DNA of 64,000 nt from an uncultured Chloroflexia bacterium. GTDB lineage: Bacteria; Chloroflexota; Limnocylindria; Limnocylindrales; CSP1-4. Location of the stretch: contig OY970218.1 in the NCBI GenBank assembly GCA_963713975.1, positions 800,001 to 864,000 on the forward strand. Direction: 5' to 3'. The position numbers were made by a program, and so were the translations under genes. The notes beneath the pieces were generated by a model. It saw nothing but the letters and a program-made list of their open reading frames with translations, made no database searches and was not told the DNA's origin. Below, piece by piece: positions 18,340 through 27,547 of the stretch; position 1 is the stretch's first letter; each line of letters opens with the position of its first letter.

Positions 18340-19020
18340 ATGGGTCTGCGCAGATCGTTCTGGCTGCCGTTCTTCGGGGTGCCGCGCGGTCCGCTCGGGT
18401 GGGTCGGCGCTCGGCTGCTGCCGAAGGTCGCCCGGCCCCTCAATGCGATGGTGGCCGGGCAGCTGGCCCTCGGGCCCGACGATTCGTTGTTGGAGGTTGG
18501 CTGCGGCTCCGCAGGGTTGCTCGTCGAGCACGCCTCGCATGTCCGCCACGTCGCTGGCCTGGACGCATCGGAGATCCAGGTGGACATGGCCAGGAAGCGG
18601 CTGGCCGACCGCATCGCGGCAGGGACGGCCGAGATCGTCCTTGGCAACGCGATGGCCCTGCCGTGGGAGGACGGCCACTTCAGCGTCGTCGCCTTGGTCA
18701 ACTGCCTGAAATTCGTCCCTGATCCCCTGAAGGCCCTGAGCGAGATGCATCGGGTCCTCCGTCCCGACGGACGGCTGGTGCTCACGATCGACAAGCAGGT
18801 CGACAAGTGGGGTCGGTCGGGCAAGATCGACGCGTTCGGCCAGTGGCAGTGGAGCGTGGATGACATGCGGCGGATGATGGAGGAGGCCGGCTTCGCCGAC
18901 GTCTCCGTCGCCGATATGCCGACCAAGCTGGGCCTTCAGTTCGTGCGTGGCGCGAAGCGGGCGGCACTGCCTGTCGCGGAGGCCGCCGAGGCGCCGGCGC
19001 TCGTGGGGGCGGCCGGATGA
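18340..19020 (+). CDS. Class I SAM-dependent methyltransferase
   Basis: LLEVGCGSAG, GLDAS, GNAMALPW, EMHRVLRPDG; AGGAGG RBS. Confidence 0.9.
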   Translation: MGLRRSFWLPFFGVPRGPLGWVGARLLPKVARPLNAMVAGQLALGPDDSLLEVGCGSAGLLVEHASHVRHVAGLDASEIQVDMARKRLADRIAAGTAEIVLGNAMALPWEDGHFSVVALVNCLKFVPDPLKALSEMHRVLRPDGRLVLTIDKQVDKWGRSGKIDAFGQWQWSVDDMRRMMEEAGFADVSVADMPTKLGLQFVRGAKRAALPVAEAAEAPALVGAAG

Positions 19021-19556
19021 GCACCCCGCTGACCGGGGACCGTCGCACCGGCACGCCGCACGCGACGCCCCACTGGCTGATCCGCCTCGTTGGGGTCGTC
19101 CACCTCGCCGGCTATCGGCTCAGGGGCGGGAGGCTCGGGCTCTCGCGTCCGACTCCCGCCCGCTGGGGCAACATGTGCATCACCACGACCGGACGCAGGA
19201 CAGGCAAGAAGCGGCGCGCGATGCTCGGCTACTTCGATGACGGCCGGAACCTAGTCGCGTTGGCCGTGAACGCTTGGGCGGATGCCGAGCCCGCCTGGTG
19301 GCTCAACCTTCAGGCGCATCCCGACGCCGTCGTCGAGCTCAAGGACGGGTCCCGGGCGGTCCATGCACAAGCGGCTGAAGGCGACGAACGGACGCGCCTC
19401 TGGGCGCGCTGGCGCGAGCTGGGAGAGCGGTCCGGCGAGGCCATGATCGCGAATTGCGACGCGTACGCCGCCGGGATGAACCGCCAGCCGGCGGTCGTGG
19501 TGTTGGAGCCTGCAAGTGCACCCCGGGATAGCCCGCCGGACAACCGTCGGGGATGA
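19017..19556 (+). CDS. Deazaflavin (F420)-dependent nitroreductase/quinone reductase family protein
   Basis: TTTGRRTGKKR and PAWWLNLQAHP motifs; ATGA overlap with the upstream gene. Confidence 0.88.
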   Translation: MSTPLTGDRRTGTPHATPHWLIRLVGVVHLAGYRLRGGRLGLSRPTPARWGNMCITTTGRRTGKKRRAMLGYFDDGRNLVALAVNAWADAEPAWWLNLQAHPDAVVELKDGSRAVHAQAAEGDERTRLWARWRELGERSGEAMIANCDAYAAGMNRQPAVVVLEPASAPRDSPPDNRRG

Positions 19557-19586
19557 GTCGCCGACGCTCACCGAGGAGGCAGAGAG

Positions 19587-19718
19587 ATGACCGCGTCGAG
19601 GCGCCCGGGCGGCATGTACGTGCGCGAGTCCGACCTGCCATCCGAGCTCCGCCGCGAGCCGGCACCGGAGGCGGAAGCGGTGGAGCGGATGCGACGGAAG
19701 GTGGCGGCGGCCGCCTGA
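19587..19718 (+). CDS. Small hypothetical protein (43 aa)
   Basis: GAGGAGG RBS then ATG; MTASRRPGGMYVRESDLPSELRREPAPEAEAVERMRRKVAAAA; operon position. Confidence 0.5.
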   Translation: MTASRRPGGMYVRESDLPSELRREPAPEAEAVERMRRKVAAAA

Positions 19719-19736
19719 GCGCGGGAGGCTACAACG

Positions 19737-20440
19737 ATGCGACTCACCCCATCCCTGCACCGACTTGGTGAGGAGATCGTCGGCTGCTACCTCGTGGACC
19801 CGCCTATTGCGCCGACCTGGCGACCGAGCTCGCAGCCATGGGCCGCACGATCGATGACGTCCGGGCGCTCGTGTTGACCCACGGCCACGGCGACCACACC
19901 GGGTTCGCCGAGCGACTGCGAGCCGAGCATGGCGTGCCGGTCAGCATCCACCCGCTCGATCTGGCTCAGGCCCGGGGCACGGCCGGTAACCCGAGCGCGG
20001 GCATGGGCGAGCGCAGGCTCCGTTCGCTGCTGCACTACCTCCTGTGGCTCGCGCGTCACGGCGGGATGCGCGACAGGCCGGTGAGGGAGATCGGCACGTT
20101 CGAGCCAGGCACCACGCTCGACGTGCCTGGCGCGCTGCGCGTCATCCATGTGCCGGGACACACTCCCGGCAGCGTCGCCTTCCATTCCCCGGCACACGAC
20201 GCCCTGTTCGTGGGCGATGCGCTGGTGACGGACGCTGTCATCAACAACCGGCACGGTCCGCAGATCAGTCCCTTCGCCGCTGACCCTGACCAAGCCCTAG
20301 CCTCCTTGGAGAACTTCGAGCAGCTCGAGGCGCACTGGCTCCTGCCTGGACACGGGAGTCCTTGGACCGGCGGCGTCGCTGCCGCCGTGACAGCCGCGCG
20401 CGACGTCGGAATCGGGCACTTGGCCCGACCGAGGCGCTGA
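19737..20440 (+). pseudogene. MBL-fold metallo-hydrolase, frameshifted near 19800
   Basis: GGGAGG RBS plus MRLTPSLHRLGEEIVGCYLVD in one frame; PAYCADLATELAAMGR...THGHGDH...PGHTPG...PGHG in another; the usual xxDAG motif is missing. Confidence 0.75.
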
Positions 20441-20537
20441 CGACGCGTCGGATCGTCGCTCCCTGCCCGCCCGATCCCGAAGGCATGGCCCGAACGACCG
20501 AATAGAAACCTGGGCTCGCCGCCCGCACCCTCGAGGC

Positions 20538-21236
20538 ATGACTTCGGCCGTCCGCGCCACTCGCCGCACTCGCGACGGCCGGCCAGCCGTGGTCCGGCGC
20601 CCGTACGCCCTGACCATGCTCCACTGCGCCAGCTGCGGCCGGCACCTGATTGGCGACACGGGGCGGTACCGGCACCCGGACCCCTGCGAGGCGTTCACCG
20701 CCGTCCGACGCGAGCCACAGAAGCGAAGCCGGGGACAGCGCGTGGGGATGCCGGGCCACGGCGATCGCGCCGAGGAGTACGAGGCCATCGTTCGCGAGGT
20801 CCTCGCGCAGGTCTCCCTCGGGTCCGACGGGATCGCCGCGGTCGTCGAGGCCACGCGGGCGCCGGAGCCCGACCGCCTTGCGCTGGCCAGGATCGGCCGG
20901 GAGCGCGACGCTGCCGTGGCGCGCTACCGCCGCGACCGCGACCTACACGCGCTCGAGGCGTCCATGGCGGCGCTCGACGAGCAGGAAGCCGAGGCCCGCG
21001 ACCGCCAGCCGGCGCCCGAGCTCGCGGCGGTCGAGGTCGCGGCCTACCTGCGGGACCTGCAGCGACTGTGGGACGACGCGCCGGACTCGAGGCGTGGGCT
21101 CACGGAGTCGCTGTTCGAGCGGGTGGAGGTCCTCGGACTCCGGCGGATGCACCTGGAGCCGACGCCGGCCGCGGTCGCCGCGGGCCTCGTAGAGGCGTTC
21201 TCGTGCGCATCTGCTGGTTATGGTCGGGGCGAGAGG
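20538..21236 (+). pseudogene. Large serine recombinase C-terminal remnant (Zn ribbon plus coiled coil) running into att core
   Basis: RRPYALTMLHCASCGRHLIG Zn ribbon, coiled coil, LFERVEVLG, ends GYGRGER on the tRNA-derived core; catalytic N-terminus absent. Confidence 0.75.
21221..21236. repeat. att core copy 3
   Basis: 16/16 match to the tRNA-Pro 3' end. Confidence 0.9.
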
Positions 21237-21449
21237 GATGGCCCGCCACCACGACCTTTCGATCACGATGCGCCTCGCGGAGCCGCCGGTGCCCTGCGAG
21301 CTGGACAGACGGCGCAGCTGGTGTGCATCCTGGCATTGCGCCTCCTGGAACCCGACGGCCTTGTCCCAGCAGATGACGAGGGCCTGTTCCGGCCCGGAGG
21401 CGTCGATGTTGCCGACAGGATCGCGGGGAACGGCGCCATCAGCCGCCGA

Positions 21450-22910
21450 TCACGCGCCAGGCGTGTGGTAGAGCTTGAACGTGCCCGTCTCGATCATCCT
21501 TCCCGACTCCTTGATCCACTCCTTCTTGGCGTAGTACTCGTCGCCGAAGACCTCCCAGTCGATGGCGACATAGCCGCCGCCACTCGCGCCGTCGGTGTCG
21601 AGCTCCGCGATGTGGGTCGCGAGGAAGGTGTTCGTCCAGGCCGGGAACGGGGGAAGGGGCAGGCGTGGGCCCGATGACCCGCAGATCTTGATCTTCGCGC
21701 TCTCCGACGTGGGGCCGGGCATGTAGTTGAGGAGGAAGTCGATCTCCCGACTGTCGAACTGGTCCGGCCTGGCGCTCAGAATCCGCAGCCTGTTGACCAC
21801 GAAGTCGCCGTCGCCCGTGATGCTCGTCGCCCCGCACGGTGCCTTGAACTTGAAGGCCGTGTTCACCAGTAGCGCCTCACCGTAGATCCGGCTCTCGTCG
21901 GGATCGAACCGGAGCATGACCTCCGACGTCACCGTGGATTCATAGCCGCCGTCGGCCACGTCCAGGATCCCAGTCGACTCCACCTTCAATTGGAAGGTCA
22001 GGCACTTGACGGTGAGGTCGCGCGCCTCCCGCAGCGGCGCTTCGTCGAGCGCCTGCCCGAACATGCCAAACACCGCGAACTGGCGTTCCATGCTCCGCCA
22101 GACGAGGGCCATCCGGTGGATGACGTGCTCCTCGACGCACAGCTCGAACTCCTCGATGATGCAGACCCTGGCGGCCTTCTCCACGAGCCCCGGGTACCGC
22201 TCTAGTCCGCTCGCCGTCGAGGACAGGCCCAGCAGCTGCCGATGGCGCTCCAGGGTGATGACGGACTCGATTGCCAGCCTGCCCTTGGCACAGCTCTCGC
22301 CGGCGACAGCGACGCGGGGCACCACCACCTGCCGCTCGTACTCGAGCATGGTCGCCTCGTACGCGGCTGACAGGAAGGCGCCCTGGAACTCGCCGCCTTC
22401 CTGTCTGATCCGGATGACCTCGGCGTTGAGCGCGGCCGTCAGGCGCCGCTCGGCGTCGCCGCCGATGCGCCTGCGGTCTGGCTCGATGTCGGCCAGCAGG
22501 CCCCGCGTGACACCGTTGCCGCTGAAGTGGGGGACCGAGATCTGGATGTCCGTCGACCCGATGACCGGCTGGGCCAGGATCACGTCCCTGCCGTCCGCTT
22601 CGTAGCCGAACGGGAGCTGCTCGCCCGGCGGGATCGGCTGGGCCGGCGCGATCGTGAGGACGGCGGGGTTGTACAGGAAGAGGCCGTCCGGGCTGAGCTG
22701 GACCCCATAGGTCTGCTGGCCACCGAAGGGGAGGCCTCCGACGCTTGCGACCGGGGTCAGCCCGATCGACGTCTCGGTCAGGAGGGCGTTCGCGGGGATG
22801 TCGAGCGTGTAGACGGTGCCGTCGGCGCCGGTTGCGCTGACGCTGCCGCCCTCGATTGGAATGACGGCTTCGACGGCGCCCGCCGTTTCAAGCGTGAGGG
22901 CGAGGTCCAC
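21450..22910 (-). CDS. Hypothetical protein, probably 5'-truncated exported protein
   Basis: 486-aa protein-like ORF with beta-rich N part and Cys residues; no RBS or signal peptide; abuts the ATPase fragment junction. Confidence 0.65.
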   Translation of the reverse strand: MDLALTLETAGAVEAVIPIEGGSVSATGADGTVYTLDIPANALLTETSIGLTPVASVGGLPFGGQQTYGVQLSPDGLFLYNPAVLTIAPAQPIPPGEQLPFGYEADGRDVILAQPVIGSTDIQISVPHFSGNGVTRGLLADIEPDRRRIGGDAERRLTAALNAEVIRIRQEGGEFQGAFLSAAYEATMLEYERQVVVPRVAVAGESCAKGRLAIESVITLERHRQLLGLSSTASGLERYPGLVEKAARVCIIEEFELCVEEHVIHRMALVWRSMERQFAVFGMFGQALDEAPLREARDLTVKCLTFQLKVESTGILDVADGGYESTVTSEVMLRFDPDESRIYGEALLVNTAFKFKAPCGATSITGDGDFVVNRLRILSARPDQFDSREIDFLLNYMPGPTSESAKIKICGSSGPRLPLPPFPAWTNTFLATHIAELDTDGASGGGYVAIDWEVFGDEYYAKKEWIKESGRMIETGTFKLYHTPGA

Positions 22911-22944
22911 CGGGGCCGCCGCCGAGTCGAGGATCCAGGCTGTA

Positions 22945-23725
22945 CAGCACGAGATCGCGGAGCTTGCGCGTTAGCCCTGACAAGCTCAGGGTCTTGTTGA
23001 GGCGCTTCATCGCGGCAGATCCGGAGGCCAGTAGGCGGAAGACGGAGCTGAGGAGCAAATTGGGGAGGTCACGTTCGCGGGTGGTCGACGCTGTGACGAA
23101 GGTCCAGGAAGCGCAGGCCCGGCTTTCCCGTCTCCCGGCGCTCGAGGAGCGACTCAAGCGCTACCAGAAGGCGGGAGTGGAAACTCGCCTCAAGGAGCGC
23201 AGCCAGCTCGTCACGGAGGAGCGGATCCTGACCTCCGCTGCAGATGCCGTCGCAGCAAGACGCTCGATCGTTGACAGCTTCGCGGCAGTCCTTCCGATCG
23301 ACCGCGGCTACCTTGACGCGACGAAGCTCAAGGACCTGAAGGGCCGCCCGATCCTCGAGGAGATCGAACCAGTCTTGGAGAAGCTCGAGCAGGATCTCGA
23401 GGCGGCACAGGCAGGTGCGGAGAAGGCAATCAATGCCGCAGCCCTCGCGGTTGAAGCGATCCGAGCAAAGTGGCAAGTGAGGCAGGCGGCGGTCCAGGAG
23501 GCATATGCGAAGGTCTTGCGAGAACTTCAGACGACACGCATCGACGCCAGGGAGTTCCTGAACCTTCGAAGAGACATCGAGGAACTCGTGCCGGTCCGCG
23601 ATCGCCTGCCGGAACTCGAGACCGAGCTCAAGGAGGCGCGCTCCGCTCGAGATGACCTCTTGGCGGATTGGGAGGACGCGAAGACTGCAACCATGCGACG
23701 CCCAGCCATAACGTCTTGCCGCTGA
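22945..23725 (+). pseudogene. Internal coiled-coil fragment of a TrlF/PHP-AAA-like ATPase
   Basis: QHEIAELA then frameshift to SPDKLRVLLRRF...RLPALEERLKRYQKAG.E.RLKE.S.LV.EERIL; no Walker A or PHP domain; visibly more A-rich than flanks. Confidence 0.6.
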
Positions 23726-24083
23726 CTCCGGACGCCGCTCCTGATCGTAGCCCGAGCGCTATCGCGGCACAGACGAGACCCGATCCATCGGTGCCCACGA
23801 CCGCACGAGCCGCAGCAGGGACCGGGCCTGCTTCATAGAGAGCCGACGGTCGCCGTAGGGTCTCCCTTGTGAGGACCGGGCGTCGGCGAACGAATGGGCA
23901 AGGGCTAGGAATGCGAGGTGGACGCCGGGCTCCACGTCTTCCGCAAGCTCGTCGAGCACGACCTGCAGGCACCGGGATCCGCCCCAATCCCGCGGTGTCC
24001 CCCCGCTCCGATTCCGCGCGCCCGGCGCGTCATCGGGCGGGCACGCCTTGTGACAGTCCTCACGATGCCCGACACTCCCGGCC

Positions 24084-26861
24084 ATGGAGGTCATCGGGCG
24101 TGACGCCGAGCTCCGCGGGGTGGACACGTTCCTCGACGCGGTGACCGGGTCGCTCGCGGTCCTGGCGATCCGGGGCGAAGCGGGCATCGGCAAGACCACG
24201 CTCTTCCGGGAGGCGGTGCGCCGGGCTGCCGAGCGCGGCTTCACCCTCCTGGTCGCCCAGGCCGCGGCCGCCGAGGCTCACCTGACGCTGACGACCCTCG
24301 CCGACATCGTGGAACCCGTGGTCGACGCGGCCGGTGACGCGCTCCCGCCGGTCCAGCGGGCGGCGCTCGACGCCGCGCTGCTCCGGACTGGACCATCCGA
24401 GCGACCACTCGAGCCGCGGCTCCTCGGCGCCGCCACCCGGTGTCTGCTCAACCACCTGGCGTCGACGAGCCCGGTGCTCGTCGCGATCGACGATGCGCAG
24501 TGGGCCGACACGGCCTCGGCGTCGACCCTCGCGTTCGCGCTCCGCCGCCTCCCATCCGCCCCGGTCGGCCTCCTCCTGGCGCTGCGGACCGGCGAGCCCG
24601 CTCCGCCCGCGCTCGCGTCGATCGCCGACTCCGAACGCACGACATCGATTGACATCGGCCCGCTCTCCGTGGCGGCGCTCCACCACCTCCTCAAGGCGCG
24701 GACCGGGCGTTCGCCCTCCCGCTCGGTACTCATCCGGATCAGGGAGGCGTCCGGGGGCAGCCCACTGTTCGCGCTGGAGATCCAGCGCGCCCTCGACGAG
24801 GGTGGCATGCCCCCGGCCGGTGAGCCACTGCCCGTCCCGCCGGACGTCCGCGCGCTCGTCCGGGACCGGATCCGCCGTCTGCCAGACGCGACCGCAGACC
24901 TGCTGCTGGTCGCGGCAACGGCCGGTCGCGCCCCGGTGGAGCTCATGGCTCGGGCGCTCGGGCGGCCCGTGGACGGGGACCTCGCGATCGCCGCGCACGA
25001 GGACATCGCCCGCGCCGAGCGTGGCGCCATCATGTTCGGACATCCCCTGTTCGCGGCAGCGGTCATGGCCGAGGCGACGCCCGACCATCGTCGCGCAGCG
25101 CACCGGCGCCTCGCCGATGTCGTCGCGGGAGTGGAGGAGCGCGCCCGACACCGGGCGCTGGGATCCGCCGGGCCCTCCGCCGACCACGCCGCGGAGCTCG
25201 ACAGGGTCGCGGCCCAGGCGAACGGCCGCGGGGCGCCGGCCTCCGCCGTCGAGCTCCTCGACCTCGCGATCGTCGTCACGCCCGAGGGCGACGGGGCCGG
25301 CCGCGACGCCCGCCGCCTGCTCGTCGGCGAGTACGCCCATCGTGCGGGGGACGCCGGCCGCGCCCAGGTGGCGCTGGAGCGCGTCATCACGGGGGCGGAT
25401 GATCCGAGGATGCGCGCGCGGGCCGGCCTCGCGCTCGCCGCGATCCGGTACGAGGCGGACGCGGCGAGCTCCGCGTTCGAACTTGCGAACGCGGCGTTGG
25501 ACGACGCCGAAGGCGACCCGCAGCTCATGGCGCGGGCGCACGCCACCCTGGCCGCTGTGGACTGGGAGGACTTCAGTCGGCCCGCCGCCCACGTCGCGGA
25601 GGCGCTCCGGCTCCTGGGGACGGTCGACGATCCGGATCCGGTCGTCCTAGGGCTCGCCCTCATGGGGCGCTGCGCCACGGATGTGGCCGCCGGCCGCACG
25701 CTGGATCCCGTGATCGTCGAGCGCGGGCTCGAACTCGAGCGCCGGGCCGCGCCGTCGAGCGTCGCCGACCGGTTCAGCGCCTCGCTCGGGGCCTGGCTCA
25801 AGACGCTCGACGACTTCGCCGGTGCCCGGCGCTGGCTGGAGGGGACCTACCTGGCGGCGATGGAGGAGGGCGATGAGGGGTCCCTTCCGTACGCGCTCAG
25901 CCACCTGCCGGAGCTTGAGCTCTGGACCGGCGACTGGCCGGCCGCCGAGTCGTACGCCCGCCGCCACCTCGAGATCGCGACCGACCGTGAGCTCGAGTCG
26001 CAGCGCCGGCAGGCCCTGTACAACCTCGCCCTGGTACACGTCCACCAGGGACGCGACGCCGAGGGCCGGGCCGAGATCGACGAGGCGCTCGCGGCGGCCG
26101 CCACGGACGGCGACAGCTGGACGGTCACGAGCGTCACGCCGCTCCTGGGCCTTCTCGAGCTCCTCGCGGGGAACGCGGCCGCGGCCGCCGGGCACCTCCT
26201 CCGGGCCACGGAGCAGCGCGAGGCGATGGGCCACGTTGCGCCGCGACGGCACGACCAGGACCTCGTCGAGAGTCTGGTCGCCGTGGGGGATCTCGACCGG
26301 GCGCGCGAGGCTGTGGATCAGATGGAAGCCCGCGCCGGGCGGTACCACCGGCACTCGGCACTCGCCAACGCCGCGCGCTCGCGGGCGCTCACCGTCGCGG
26401 CGTCCGGCGATCTCGACGGCGCGATCGCCGCGCTGGACCAGGCGCTGGGAGAGCATGACGCCGCGCTGATCGAGGTCGACCGGGCACGAACGCTGCTCAC
26501 GATCGGCCAGGTACGGCGGCGGCGGCGTGAGCGGCGCGCGGCCGGAGCCGCGTTCGAGGCGGCCCTGGTCACCTTCGAGCGGCTGGGCGCCGCGACCTGG
26601 GCCGAGCGGACCCGCGCCGAGCTCGCCCGGACGGGCATCCGGCGTTCGGCCGGGCCCGGCCTCACGGAGACGGAGTGGCGGGTCGCCGAGCTGGCCGCGT
26701 CGGGGATGACCAACCGCGCGGTGGCTGCGGCGCTGTTCCTCAGCCCCAAGACCGTGGAAGCGAACCTGTCGCGCGCCTACGCCAAGCTCGGGGTCGCGTC
26801 GCGAGCCGAGCTCGGGGCCCTGCTGGGCCGAGGCCGAGGGTCCGAGACCCTGCAACCGTAG
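24084..26861 (+). CDS. Large ATP-binding LuxR-family regulator (AAA + TPR-like + LuxR HTH)
   Basis: IGRDAEL, GEAGIGKT Walker A, IDDAQWAD, C-terminal LTETEWRVAELAASGMTNR...LSPKTVE. Confidence 0.93.
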   Translation: MEVIGRDAELRGVDTFLDAVTGSLAVLAIRGEAGIGKTTLFREAVRRAAERGFTLLVAQAAAAEAHLTLTTLADIVEPVVDAAGDALPPVQRAALDAALLRTGPSERPLEPRLLGAATRCLLNHLASTSPVLVAIDDAQWADTASASTLAFALRRLPSAPVGLLLALRTGEPAPPALASIADSERTTSIDIGPLSVAALHHLLKARTGRSPSRSVLIRIREASGGSPLFALEIQRALDEGGMPPAGEPLPVPPDVRALVRDRIRRLPDATADLLLVAATAGRAPVELMARALGRPVDGDLAIAAHEDIARAERGAIMFGHPLFAAAVMAEATPDHRRAAHRRLADVVAGVEERARHRALGSAGPSADHAAELDRVAAQANGRGAPASAVELLDLAIVVTPEGDGAGRDARRLLVGEYAHRAGDAGRAQVALERVITGADDPRMRARAGLALAAIRYEADAASSAFELANAALDDAEGDPQLMARAHATLAAVDWEDFSRPAAHVAEALRLLGTVDDPDPVVLGLALMGRCATDVAAGRTLDPVIVERGLELERRAAPSSVADRFSASLGAWLKTLDDFAGARRWLEGTYLAAMEEGDEGSLPYALSHLPELELWTGDWPAAESYARRHLEIATDRELESQRRQALYNLALVHVHQGRDAEGRAEIDEALAAAATDGDSWTVTSVTPLLGLLELLAGNAAAAAGHLLRATEQREAMGHVAPRRHDQDLVESLVAVGDLDRAREAVDQMEARAGRYHRHSALANAARSRALTVAASGDLDGAIAALDQALGEHDAALIEVDRARTLLTIGQVRRRRRERRAAGAAFEAALVTFERLGAATWAERTRAELARTGIRRSAGPGLTETEWRVAELAASGMTNRAVAAALFLSPKTVEANLSRAYAKLGVASRAELGALLGRGRGSETLQP

Positions 26862-26955
26862 GGAATCCCCCGATGCAGCGTCGGTGCCCGGAACCCAAAG
26901 TCGGGGTTGGGCAAGCCCCGACCGGCGCGGGCTCCCGGAGAGCCGAGGTCAGCCG

Positions 26956-27546
26956 ATGCGTCCCGCGTCCCCCTTCCAAGCGCTTGCCGGGCTCGCCTGT
27001 CTCCTCCTCGTGGCTGCCTGCTCCGCGTCACCCGCGTCACGCGCGACAACCGCCTCGACCGCTCCGTCGGCATCCGAGGCGGCAGCGGCCACATCGGGAG
27101 CGGGCGATCCCTCGCCCTCCGGGTCACAGGAAGGCACCGGGCGACCCGCCGGCGAGACCGACGACTACACCCTGTTCACGACCGATCGCCTCGCCGCGCT
27201 CGTCGGCCAGCCGGTCCACGTCGGCGACACGAGCCTGCTGTTCGGGATGGGCTGCCGATGGGACACGGCCGACGGCCGGGGCGGCGTCGTCATCCAGCAC
27301 CAGCCGGTCCACCTCGGGTGCGGGGATATCGCCGCGCAGGACGGGCAGCACCCCGTGACCGGGGTCGGCGACGAGGCGACCATCGGCCCGGCTGCGTTCT
27401 ACGGGACCAATGGCGACGGGCCGTTCGACGCTACGATCGCCGCCGCGATCGTGGGCGAGGGCTTCGTCTCGGTCGTGATGGCACCGGCGCCGTCCGACGA
27501 CACCGTCGTGGGGCTACTCCGCGACCTCGCCGGCGCGGTGCGCTGA
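26956..27546 (+). CDS. Lipoprotein (DUF3558-like)
   Basis: LLVAAC lipobox, Ser/Ala/Pro linker, GCRW, VTGVGDEA. Confidence 0.75.
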   Translation: MRPASPFQALAGLACLLLVAACSASPASRATTASTAPSASEAAAATSGAGDPSPSGSQEGTGRPAGETDDYTLFTTDRLAALVGQPVHVGDTSLLFGMGCRWDTADGRGGVVIQHQPVHLGCGDIAAQDGQHPVTGVGDEATIGPAAFYGTNGDGPFDATIAAAIVGEGFVSVVMAPAPSDDTVVGLLRDLAGAVR

Positions 27547-27547
27547 G

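Noticed and set aside
21237-21677. C-terminal extension of the 379-aa ORF beyond the att core
   Set aside because: Read-through caused by a frameshift in the tail; it overlaps the antisense 486-aa gene.
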